Part shown: piece after piece, positions 50,438 to 61,897 of the stretch | Layout of the letters: each line of letters starts with the position of its first letter | How positions within the stretch are numbered: the stretch's first letter is position 1 | Program-made: the position numbers and the translations under genes | NCBI GenBank assembly: GCA_001949185.1 | Contig: BDGG01000001.1 | Coordinates: forward strand, 6,113,591 to 6,177,590 | Origin: Ramazzottius varieornatus | Taxonomy: Eukaryota > Animalia > Tardigrada | Length of the DNA: 64,000 bases | Reading direction: 5' to 3' | Notes under the pieces: generated by a model | What the model was told of the DNA's origin: nothing | What the model saw: only the letters and a program-made list of their open reading frames with translations | Databases searched by the model: none

Positions 50438-52076
50438 GATCGGCAGAAATTTTCTTGTAAGGTGAATAGCTTCGTGTAGGAAGATTATAGTGAAGCGGTA
50501 AACGGAGTTGGCAAACAAGGGAGAGCTGGCAAATGAGAAGATGAGAAACTTTCGTTTGTTGGTGTTTTGATTTGGGAGTTTGCGATTACATGAAAACCAC
50601 AAAAGTGACTGCCAATCAAACAGCAAGTCAATCGAATGCGTTAGTTGTTTTCCTGATCAGAATTCAGAAGTTCTGTTCTGGTCGTCGTCTTGGGTGTTTC
50701 CAGTCTATCGCTAGCTCCCGGAAGAAGCAGCTCATTCTTCATCTCCTGCGGAGATAACTTAAGGAAAGGAGGCATGGCACAGTGGTGAGGACAGGGCGCT
50801 GGGCCGAAGCAGACGGGCTAATCAGCGATCAGCTGTCAATCAGTCGAGCGTGAGCGTTAAGTATTACACACGGTCAAGCTGTCTTGCCATTGATCAACTC
50901 GATTGTGTACGCTTGGCGTGACTGTGTTCGTTTGATTGATCGCTGCTGTTGATAGGCCCATAGATCGACCCTGTAAAAATTGTTCAGACCAGCCCCCGGC
51001 CATAGGAGGCGGACCGGTCAAGTGGGCCCTTGCAATTTTCCGTTATCTATGCAGCACGGTGCAGTACTGTGGTTATTATCATGCAAGCTCTTGATCGCTG
51101 TGAATGTCCTTTGATGACGACACAGAATCACTGATCAGGCCGATCACCATAAGGCCAGTTGGACTCAAGCTGCGTAGCTCGCTGAAAGCTTGCTCACCTG
51201 TAACGAAATCCTGAACGCTTGCGACCTCGACCGTGGTTCCGCGAAAAACCATCCATTTTCCGATACGCTCTCAAGAGTCGTGAAGACAATTAATACGTCG
51301 GATAAGCAACCTCACCGAATAAGTCCTCCGGTTCCAGCTGGTTCGCCACAAGAAAAGTCAAGAGGAAATTAGGTTCGAGAGCACGTTTGTTGAACTCAGA
51401 TGATTACATTAGCAGCAAGCTCTGGAGTATCGGAACAGTAAGGCACAGTCCTTAGTAAAGCACGGCCCTTAGTGAAGCACGGTCCATAATACCAGCTGGA
51501 CCATGAATTATGTATTCGAATTTTATTTTGCTCTGACGTAGCTGTGACGTCGGCGGAAACCTAGGAAGGAAGGAAATTTATCAGCCTCGACAATTCAGTC
51601 GACGACCTCCCCGATGTCAAGAGGATCAAAGTTTACACAGCAAGATAATGGAAAAAGTTACAGTAACCGAAACAGAGTCACCGGTTGAGCAGGAACGAGT
51701 ATCGTTATAAAGATCGATCCTTCAGGTACACGACAACAACTAGATCTGCTTGGCGTGCCAGCTAGAGAGACTAAAGGCGGCTGATCTGCTCAGCTTGGTA
51801 TCGATGGTGTTCCGCGGGCTGGTACATTTGGATCTGCCATATCCGCTTGAATTCCTCTCGACAATGATGCATCAGTACTTCAGCCATTCCTTCCGTGGCC
51901 GTGTCGTATCTTTTCAGGAGCTCATCTTCGGTCCCGACGCAAGATTTCAGATTTGCTACCAGCTGCTCTTTCGAAGGAGCAGATGGATTTGCCATAGCAG
52001 ATAGATAACGGTTGATTGTTGATTGATCGAGAAAGCACGGAGTTAAATAAATGTTACGATCAGCTACTCATTCAGG

Positions 52077-52198
52077 TATGTAGGTATTATTGTTATTCAG
52101 ATGACGCAGCAACTTGCGGGTTGCGGCCACTCCGCCCAGCCCTCTTTTACTTACCTCTTCTTGAACTAAAGGCAAAAACTTTCCTTGCTTGGATGATG
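52077..52198. repeat. 122-bp dispersed direct repeat, copy 2
   Basis: Matches 29327-29448. Confidence 0.9.
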
Positions 52199-52809
52199 CA
52201 GCGCGTGAACTTGGCATCGTGACTAGGGCGTTTGTTTATCCGTCTTCCTCCCGCTTTGAACAGGATATCTCCCTAGAATACTCTCAAAGATATGCGCATC
52301 AGTCTTTCCTCAAAGCCAGTATCTTTCGATGCAAGCGATGTTTGCGGATGTCATCGCTTGAATCCACCTACAGGCTATGTTGCTGACCTAAATTTTGGAA
52401 GCCTCCTCCACCATGTCCAGTACTCGAAGCCCATACGAGCTTATGGCTTTAGAGTTCCGTAACCGAGGTAAGTCAGCGATCAGCTTTTGAGACTGTATCG
52501 TGACTTACCCACAAGAACATTTTTGCGGTAACTCGGGTGGCCAGGAGCACTACACCCGCCGTAAAGCAGTGGGCCGCAGGTCCAAAAGTACGCTGCGCTG
52601 TGCTGCACAACTTTCGTCAGTTCACGCGCTGCAGCACAGCACAGCTGCAGTGCAGTACAGCGCATGCGGCCAGATTCCGTGCTCCAACGGAAGGATCGTC
52701 CTATTAGGAAAGTCAGATTCAAACTCAATTTATTTGCTATCGAAAACTAAAAGCATGAGAAAGCATAGTGCCGGCCTGGTAGGACCAGACCGCACACACG
52801 AAAAACAAA

Positions 52810-53900
52810 ACAAACAAATTTATCACACCGACAAAAGGCGGTTCTTCTTCGCATCTGAAATATTGTAAATCTCTTCCAAACTTCGACTTTGAGCAAAAGT
52901 GCCAAAAACATAAGCAGCATTTCCTCTTTGAATCTCAATGCTAATTTTTTGCTTCAAGAACGAAAGAGATCTTGGTTCACCTGTCCTGTCCATGATCTTC
53001 TGGATGAGGTCCCTCGCTTCGTTCCCGAAAACACCGAAAGTCTCAAACCCCACCGCGCAGAACAGGTACCGTCCTTCCAGCTCCACGTACTTTGATCGTT
53101 TCTTTTCCTTAACTTGGTTGGCAGCAAACCCAACCCTTTCGGTGGATCCCTGGAGATAGGTCTGTGCCAGAGTATCCACCACTGTAACGTCCCAGGCCAA
53201 CGCCTTTCCCTGATACCAAGGCACGAACGTCAGGCCATCCGGTCGCCTCCCGGCATCTCGTAGCAGTCCATTCGGCTCTGATGTTATGCACCTGACAACT
53301 TGTCAGTGCACGATGGATGATGTCATTCAGAGCGTCGTGTCTGCTATGCCGTCCAGCACTGTTCTTACAGGCGAGTCCGTGGCGTCCCAAGCCATCGACC
53401 TTCACTTCACATCGACAGGCATGCGGCTCGCACAGCTTGGCTCCAAGGCGTAGACCTACAGAAATTCTAAAACAATTGTCATCATCACCTAGGACTGAGA
53501 CTGGCAAAGCGTCCAGCTAGGCTCCAGATTCTTTTGAGGAAACGGCATGGAGGCGGGCCTTCTCAGTAGGCGTGGACTGCTCTAGCAGGACTCGGAACTG
53601 ACGTTCGACGATGGGTGTGTCCCACATCTTTTGTACTGATCGCATCAGGCTCGGCGGTGGCTCGACCTCGTAAATTGCATTCTACAAGGTGATTCCTTCG
53701 GCCGTAACTCCATCCACGTCGGCTTCTAGGACGATCTGGGACACGAGGTGATGTGCCGCATGAACCGAAGCCAAGTAGGCAGGTAAAGTCAGCTCAGCAG
53801 CACACCTCAGTCTCAAACCTCCGTTAGCCACTGGCAGACTTGCTTGACGCCATGTGTCATCATTCATGTCGATATTGGCAATTGATTGAAAGCCCAGGGT
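52810..53900 (-). mobile_element. 5'-truncated non-LTR retrotransposon with restriction-like endonuclease (CRE-like clade), frameshifted
   Basis: WRQASLPVANGGLRLR (RT C-terminus), a CCHC-like HACRC...GRHGLAC..RHSRHDALNDII, and the RLE motifs RPDG..PWYQGKALAWDVTVVDT..EKKRSKY..FETFG..ISIEIQRGNA. Confidence 0.88.
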
Positions 53901-54396
53901 AAGGTGCGGCCGCTCGGATTCGCGTGGCGTGGTTTGTCCACAATCAGACACACCTCCCATAATGTTTACAAACACTGTTATTTACGTCATTCATCGATTT
54001 TTATCTTGATATGGCAAACTGTGTTCAGTGACCCGTATAGTGCGCCCCCTGGTGGGTTGAAGTGTTTTTATCGTCAAACGGTGTAGTGTCATACGCGAAA
54101 GTTTTCACCCCCGTTCCCCTAACGGTACATAATGGTAGACCCAGGAGGTTTGTACCTGCTAGGATTTATCGTTGGTTTGCATCGTCTTTGGGTTCTAATC
54201 CTCCAGGCCACAGCTTTCGTCCACCTTTGTGCCTGCCCAATAGCCTGCTGCTTTTGTTTCAGAAACCTGGATTAGCAGTAGGATGCTCGGGACGGATAGC
54301 CACTATGCTTCAAGGGCATCGTTCGGAGTAACGGATGCCTTTCAGCTGGGAAAGTCACGCTACGATCTCAGTACCTACACGGGCCTTGTACTGCAA

Positions 54397-54575
54397 ATGA
54401 ACTCGACACGATTACTGTCCGACGTGGCGCACGGTCACAGTGTTATTGGTCGGAGTCGTGCGCGACTTGGAAAAACTATTACTGGTCGAGTATTATTGTT
54501 TTTCCAAGTAGCGCACGTTCTCACCATAATGGGCTTAAAGCGCGCGGCACTTGGTCAAATGATCTTGCGGAGTTT
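54397..54575. repeat. GGCGCAC-N25-palindrome family, copy B (two units)
   Basis: CTCGACACGA..GTGGCGCAC-25-GTGCGCGACTTGG..TGGTCGAG, then CCAAGTAGCGCAC-25-GCGCGGCACTTGG. Confidence 0.78.
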
Positions 54576-54637
54576 GCTTGCTTAGGTCTCAAGTCCCAAC
54601 TGTACAAGTGTTGTTGTTGTTGTTGTTGTGGTTATAG

Positions 54638-56000
54638 GAGATGGTCGAAATCGGGAGTGATGTCTTGGTGACGATGAGCCACAGTCACTGCATCGAAATG
54701 ATGAAACAGATGCTGAACCTCTTCCAATCCGGCCACCTTCCGGCTCCCTCCACATTCCAAACGTTCAGGCGTATCTTCTCGACCAACGCCAACGATTTCA
54801 TACCGTTTCTCAGCGCGGTCCTGAGCATGACGGTACCGTTGTTGGGCGAAGCCAAGTCCGATGCACTAAAACGATCTATAGCTGGAGGTAAATTCATTTC
54901 ACTGTTGGTGAATTTCTGATAAATGCAGTGGAGATGGGGTTTTTTGCGTGTAGCGGTGTGACAGTTCGGCGAAGCCATCCTGGAGTACGTCGCGAACGAG
55001 TCCGACAACCCGTAACCCAGTGTCAAAGTCGGCTTCTTCCAACACGACTTCAGCGCCTTTTTCGAACATATTCTTCTCCTCTGGATGCCGAAAATTCGCG
55101 ATGCCGAACAAGCGGCTTACATGATCCATGCGCTGAGCTGTCTGGCGAAAGTGGTGTCCAAGGACAAGCTTCATGAACTTGTAGGTACTTTCTTCGTGTA
55201 CCGAAATCGTGCTGCAACTTGCAACTTGATTTCTAACGTGATTTCTGCAGGCAGATAAGTTGCTGGGAACTGTCATCACGATAGCGCGTCGCCATCCTCA
55301 AGAATCCAGTGCCTCCGAAGGCCTGGCCATCGTGCTGGAGAACGCAGCTTCGAACGCCAAAAGTACGTTGGAACCGCAGCTGGACCAGCTGACCGATGTC
55401 ATATTCGCTCAAGTAAGGCGATGCTTTTGTTCGTACACTATAGTATCATACTGTACGTAGGTAGGTGACGGAATGTTCTTTCAGGCATGTCGTCCGCCCG
55501 ATTAATCGAAGTCTTCCGCCGTCAAGTCCCACAACGAACTTCTTCGCTGCTTTAACATACTGTACCTGAACTCCCTGATCGCACCAGCCAGTTTCTTCTG
55601 AGCAAAAGTCAACCCGAACGTCTTGAAGTCCACCTCGAGCAAAGATGCCAATGACCGCTCGGTGGTCGGCGCTTTGACTATTATCAACAAACTGGTCAAC
55701 CAACAAGGTATACCATGGTATCCAGTATCTGAAAGGTCGGCAAACGACACGGACGAGAGCGTCATCTCAAGTGGCGCACGCTTTAATTGTTACTGGACAG
55801 ACATGTGCGCCACTTGGAATGCAATCTTGCATGTTTCGTTTACCGGCCTTTATTCAGTGTTCGTCCGATCTTTATTGTGGTCTCTTGTTTTCAGATATCA
55901 GCTAATATATATTATATACTATATTTTTTATAACTATGTATCTGCAGGTTTTGTGGCCGTTCAAGGTTTAGTCGAAAAAACCATCGTCTGTAACTCTTGA
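54638..56000 (+). pseudogene. MROH1: MROH1 (maestro HEAT-repeat) N-terminal fragment with in-frame stops, introns retained
   Basis: SDVLV..FIPFLSAVLSMTVPLLG..EAILEYVAN..LEPQLDQL..HNELLRCF..GALTII is collinear with the MROH1 N-terminus. Stops are TGA at 54959, TAA at 55013 and TAA at 55503. Confidence 0.8.
55735..55848. repeat. GGCGCAC-N25-palindrome family, copy C
   Basis: GGTCGGCAAACGA..CAAGTGGCGCAC-25-GTGCGCCACTTG..TCGTTTACCGGCC, within a MROH1 intron. Confidence 0.85.
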
Positions 56001-58722
56001 CCACCGTACAAACCTGGTTCTGCCAGCCAAATTTGTTGCTTTCTCCAGCAATGTTTTGACAGTCGGCTCATCCAGCTTCTTGCTCAAATACTTCTCTGCT
56101 TTTTGGATAATACTTCCCCAGATGGCTTTCTGATTTGCGAAGGTCTTCCGGATGTAAGCCACAGCGATAGCGGTAGTCGAAGTCGTATCATCAATCGTTG
56201 TCATATCACTGCCCAAAGCAGCGTTGAGGTCGGCGGAAGTGATATTGGTCAACTGCGCCACCTGTTGGGCATCGGTCCAACTTCCGTCCCATTGTTGGAG
56301 TTGCAACAGGCGACTCAGCGGACTGCTGGGTTCAGTCCTGCTGGGTTCAGTCCTGCTGGGTTCAGTCTTCATAGGACCGAACAACGCTGAGTTCGAAGAC
56401 ATAATTGCGCTGTCTTCATGCATGTCCATCGCAGCGGAAACCGACGACAACAAAGAAGGAGCAGCAGCAGCAAAAGACGGTCTGAATCTCGCTTTGCTGA
56501 AAGTCTGTAGGAATGATCCGGAACCTCCGAGTCCAGCTTGCGGGAACGACATTCCCATCAATCCGCTTGAAAAACCATGATGACCGCCTGCACTGAACAT
56601 GACGGGAAAAGCTTCTGCAAAGAAACTGAATGCATGGACTCGTGCTCAAAAGCAACATAAATCTGAAATCATACAATTGCATTGCGCGTACCTCGTTCTC
56701 GTTTTGGCTGGGATAACTGTATAGGGACTTCTCGCAGTTCCATCTTTCCCGCACTGCCACTGCCATTCTGCGGGCGAGTCTCAACCGCCACCAAGGAAAC
56801 GTTTCTCGACAATACGCCGTACTTCAGCGAAAGCTCCATGATTGTCTTGTCGATCTTCTCCTCTGATTCCGACTTTATTGTCGGAGTGGTCGATGGCTTT
56901 CCTCGTCGCTGCAGCGAACCACCAAACAGAGGCTGTCGCTGGCGGGTCGTTTCCAGCTCCTTGATCATTGCTCTAGCTGCGAGCTTTGATATGATGCCGT
57001 TTTCTTCAACGTTTATACCGTTTACCGAAAAGGGAGTTTCACCTGCCACTTTGTCGTCTTGTCGGAAGCGAACCACCGGCTGAGAGCTTCCAGCAGGCAG
57101 GCTGAAGAAAGCAAAGACGAGAAGTCGGTCCCCGTTGAAGACTGGTGGTAGCTTAGCCGGAACCTGTTGGACATTGTCCACGCCCTTCCATTCAACAGCG
57201 GCGTTGGTGATAGCTGGCTGAAGGGCTCGGTTCAGGTGGCGGCCAATCTTTTCTTCAAGGACCTCGCCTTGCTTGATGTACTCTGCCTTTCCACGGCCAG
57301 CTAATGCCACACCGTCGATGAGAGAGTGACTCGGGCTGTCACCCAGACCGAAAGCAAAGACTCGCGTGTTGTCAGCGTTGGCGTTGACCAGCGCAATAAC
57401 GTCATCCGTGTTGGAAACTTGGCCGTCGGTTAGAAGGAAAATTTGGCGGGCGAAGTTAGGCTTCACTGGTTCGGAGAAGATCTTTTGTAACGGCTCCAAT
57501 ATTTCAGTCCCACCTGCAATTAAAGAAGGAACATTACACTTCGTCGTCAACTTTTCCCAATATGCAATATGTAGTGTTTTCTGAGTCGATTATGACGGAA
57601 GTGCCAGTGGCGACTCACCTAAGTTGGCTGAGGTATCTGCAGAGTAGTTTTTGGCTTTCTCGAAGGACTCCGTACTGTATGCCGTACTGGTGGGAAAAAG
57701 GGATTGAAAGCTGCTTCCGAAACGGTAGAAGTTGAAGTAGGATCCTTCGGGTAGACTGCGGAGGAAAATCTGCATCGCTCGGCGTGCTTCACCAATCTTG
57801 CCTTGTTCGTCCATGGATCCGGAACAGTCGACCACAAAGATGATTTCCGCATTGACGGTATGATTTGACTCGAAATGCGGAACGACGGAATACATGGCCG
57901 CATAACTTCCGGGTGACGTTTGCTCCACTTGGACATGATACAGTGGGTTCTTCTTCACTTCGATCTCGATGATTAGATCCTTGTTTAGCGGCTCTTGGGC
58001 TGCGCCGAAAGTGAGAGCGACCTTCTCGAGGCTCTCGATCGTGACAGAGAGTGGGTGTGTCGGAGAAGTCACTGATTGAATGGCTTCCCGTGCTTTGATG
58101 CGAGCATTCAACGTAGCCATATACGGAACGTTTTCCTGGTATTTCTCCGGGACGGACGAGGAAGAGGAAACTTCTGTGCGGGGAGTGTAGCGAGGTGAGA
58201 GACTCATGGGGATGGTCAGACGCATTTTGGACTCGGTGACGGACTCCAAGGTACCGACGTAGGAAATGGATACGGTGCATGTCTTATTGGGCGGAAGACG
58301 TCCGACACTGAGAACGAATGTGTCGTCGCTTCGATCGCTTTGATCAAGAAGGTACGCTCCATCCCCTGCAAAGCGGACAGCTACTGTAAACATGTTGTTC
58401 AGTAGCAATCTTAAAAAGTATGGTCGCTTATACCTTTGGCTAAGGCGTCGGTGTATTCCTGGAAGGCTTCCGCTTTGGGCTTGAAGTGGCTGACCAGCGT
58501 CCGGTTGTCGATGGTGATGGTGAAACGGACGACGGCCGCTTGATCATTGATTGGAAAGGCGTAGACACATTCGATATCGTTGGATTCCTGGTTGTTGTAG
58601 GTCTGGTTGATGGTGACTTGGCTAGCGAAGGCTTTTACTTGGACATCGTAGTTGATGGACGTCAGCGGAACGGACTGGTTGGTAGCAGCGACTAGAAGTC
58701 CGATAAGCAATGGCATCGACAT
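55968..58722 (-). CDS. VWA5A: VIT + vWA domain protein (VWA5A/BCSC-1-like), 4 exons
   Basis: VIT domain (QTYNNQESNDIECVYAFPINDQAAVVRF), vWA MIDAS motif (IFVVDCSGSM, GGTEI, IFLLTDGQVSNT, RVFAFGLG) and C-terminal LLQLQQWDGSW...WGSIIQKAEKYL. Confidence 0.92.
56324..56368. repeat. 15-bp tandem repeat x3 (encodes TEPSR) in VWA5A
   Basis: CTGCTGGGTTCAGTC repeated three times. Confidence 0.9.
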
Positions 58723-59781
58723 CTTGGCAGGACTTCTTCTGCGAGAAGCGCCGAATAAGGCTTTATGTTAACTCACAAGGGGAATGGTGCGGTTCTGCTG
58801 GAATCAACCAAACCACAAACTTTTGAGCTTTCGGTTATATTCGACGACTGCCGGCAAGTCAATACCGAGAGACGATACGTTTTCAGGAGTGTCAGTTACG
58901 CTTGAGAACAAACAATGGACTGTGACGAAAGAAGAACCAGTCTATTCCGACTAAATCCGCTTCTTTGCCACTGCCTCCAGCAATCGATAGAGAAAAATGC
59001 TGCCAGGCGTGTCCAGGAGCGCCTTGCGTGTTTGCTGATCGAACGATAGCTTTATTGTGACGGTGGAAAAGCAGTGGAGTGTAAGTTGCAAAAATGATTT
59101 CCCGGTACGATAAAGAACCCACTTCCTCGTCGTGCTACTGTTCATGAATATTCATTTGACTCGCCCGGCTCAGTCCAACGATAGCATTATTATTTTTTGT
59201 TCTGCTTGAACAGAAATCAAACTCACAGACATCGGACTATGCATGTGGTCTCATGACTCTCCTTACGGTATCAGACTAAGTAACAGGTAGTACACCGAAA
59301 AGCTTCGTGCTGTAACTGTGCCGTAACGTTCTTCATCTCGAAAGCTCCAGCCGCGGACTCCACAGTCACGAGAACTTTCGCTTGGTTTATACTTTCCTAT
59401 GAGTAAATCAGATTGCAACAACCGGAAATCTGGATCTTCTGAGACGCGCTTGATTTAAGTCTGAAGTCTGAAGCTCTGGCCGCTGGGCGTCGGATAGTTT
59501 CCTCACGGCACAGCCCTGTCAGTATTGTGACGTGTTCCGGCTGGTGACGTCAGGAATCGTCCATGCTGTTATGGCTTTTGCTGGTGCTCGCCAATCGTCA
59601 AACGTCATGAACGGCTGATGCAAACCTTTGCTTGCCGTGCGGTCATTGTAGATTGCAGTCCACAACACCTCCAGGTTCACTTCATATTTCTTCCCGTTTC
59701 TGGTAAGATATCTGGATTCTTATGGTCTTTTACTTGCACATCGCCATGCCAAACTCCACGGACAGTGCGAATGATCGTGCA

Positions 59782-61548
59782 ATGGACAAGAAAGGTAGGA
59801 CTGGTACAAGGATTACCTTGATCGAGCATCGATGAGTGAGTAAAGGCCGTTTTTCCTTGCAGAAATACAGCGATATTTCATGACGACACTGAAAGAGAAT
59901 ACAGAAATGTCCCCAGCTGTTGCTGCCATCCGCACCCTCCTGGCATACCTCAGCCGAGACACAGGTAGGTTCTAGTGGAAATGTCCAGGTCGATCGACCA
60001 AGAGGATCCAATCCGGGCAATTGATTGTGAATATTGCAGCCGAGACTATGTCGGAACTACGGAAGAATCTCCTTCATGCCATCGAGTGCTTATGCCTTAC
60101 CGACAGTTTCATAACTGGTACCTCGATATCCTCGGGATGCGACTTATTCCTTCGCTTCATTACCCTCACTGCCTTGGATCACTCTGTGAGTAAGTCATGC
60201 ATTGTTTGGGGAAAGGGTAGCTGGGGGCTCGCCTCACAAATTCGGCCGGATTGTTTGTCATGTGGCGCACGTTCTCAGTGATATTGGCTAAAAACGTGAG
60301 CCACTTGCGGAAACAATCTGGTCGAATTTGTTTGCAGTCAGAGCTTCCAATCATTTTTCGAACATGCGTTGAGATATCTTTTTATTATTTTTGCAGGACT
60401 TTGACGAATGCAAAAAAATTATGTTACATCGAGGGGAAGTATACCTCGAGACTGTGGATTCCTCCAGGGCGAAGATTGCTAAGCTTTTTCGTCCGTTCAT
60501 TCGAGATGGCGCCGTAAGAATTTCAGTTTTGCCAAAAAGAATCACCATGTAGAACCATGATCTGACTTCTAATTTGAAATTTTTCCTTGTAGATCGTTCT
60601 GGTACATTCGAGGTCGAGAGTGGTGCTGCAAGCGTTAGTGCAGGCCAGGACCCACGGGAAGCGTTTCGAGGTCTTCGTCACGGAAGGTGGATCTGACAAG
60701 ACCGGTGTGGAGATGCAGAAATCGCTGACGGAAGTAGGCATACCTGCCACCGTTATTATAGACGCCGCTGTCGGCTACATTATGGAGAAAGTCGACGTGG
60801 TGCTACTTGGTGCAGAAGGGGTCGTCGAAAGCGGCGGTATCATAAACAAGGTACTCGCGGAATATTAATAGTTTCGCTGAATAGAAACTTCTGAACTTTC
60901 TGCGGTAAATCATCGACCTGAACTTTTCAGATAGGCTCCTTCTCAACGGCCATCGCAGCCAAGGAGCACAACAAGCCCGTCTTTGTCCTCGCCGAAAGCT
61001 TCAAATTTGTCCGGCTCTATCCTCTGAACCAAAGAGATATTCCCGACAAATTCAAGGTAGCTTCAGTTGGCAGCCTAATTTCTAGACAAAAGTTAGGAGA
61101 TCGGTAAAAAAACAACAAGAGTGTTATCCCAAGTGGCGCACATTGTTGTTGTTGGTTGGGAGCGTCAAGCGTGCGCCGCTTGGGAAAACGATCTTGTCGA
61201 GTTCGATAGTGGCGCACGCTGTTATTGTTCAGGGCTGAAGGCATGCGCCACTTGAGATGACTAGCTTAGCCATCTCGTCTCAATCGTTTGCCGGCCTTCC
61301 ATCACTTTCGGGATAGACAAGAGGTGTACCGGACGTTTAAAAACGAATTCTTACTTCTCTTGCTTTCACGGTTGTTTTGATGTGGTTTACAGTACAGTCA
61401 AGCTACGCTGTTGCGGCACAACGATCTCAGTAAAGAACATCCGCAGTCGGACTACACTCCACCCAGCTTCATCACGCTCCTTTTCACTGACCTGGGCATT
61501 CTAACACCTTCCGCCGTCAGCGACGAACTGATCAAGTTGTACATGTGA
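59782..61548 (+). CDS. EIF2B1: Translation initiation factor eIF2B subunit alpha
   Basis: MDKK|[39 protein letters not shown]|[43 protein letters not shown]|[57 protein letters not shown]. Confidence 0.97.
60238..60330. repeat. GGCGCAC-N25-palindrome family, copy D (EIF2B1 intron)
   Basis: AAATTCGGCCGGATTGTTT..GTGGCGCAC-25-GTGAGCCAC..AAACAATCTGGTCGAATTT. Confidence 0.8.
61099..61296. repeat. GGCGCAC-palindrome family, copy E (two units; EIF2B1 intron)
   Basis: CCCAAGTGGCGCAC-29-GTGCGCCGCTTGGG and AGTGGCGCAC-25-ATGCGCCACTTGAG. Termini GATCGGTAAA / TTTGCCGGCC match copy C in reverse. Confidence 0.85.
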
Positions 61549-61897
61549 TTTCTCACTCTCTTCTCACTGTCCTTTACTTCTTCTCTTCTCACTGTCCTTT
61601 ACTTCGTCTACCAACTTTCTTTAGCATCTGCGACTCTGAAAGTTGTACGAAGCGATTTGTCCTGACGCATAGATCGATTTTTGCCATTACTTTGACCTCC
61701 TGTGGATAATGGTGTTCGATCACACTTCCTTTGAAGTGTGATAATACCTGGTTGCCTTTTGTCGAGAAAGGCACCAGAAGTAGATCGACTCAGAGGAAAA
61801 ACACCTTTTCAACTGTGTCACGCAACATGCTGCTTTGTCTAGCGACCTTAGCTTTCGCAGACCCAGAAACGTATTTCTTCCTTCGTAACCCGCAAAC

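Noticed and set aside
58680-58722. Signal peptide on VWA5A (MPLLIGLLVAA)
   Set aside because: Matches the usual GL..VPL start of the VIT domain in cytosolic VWA5A proteins.
54397-61296. Conserved repeats with variable 25-nt spacers as a CRISPR array
   Set aside because: The repeats are inverted pairs, at most two units per locus, inside spliceosomal introns, and no cas genes are present.
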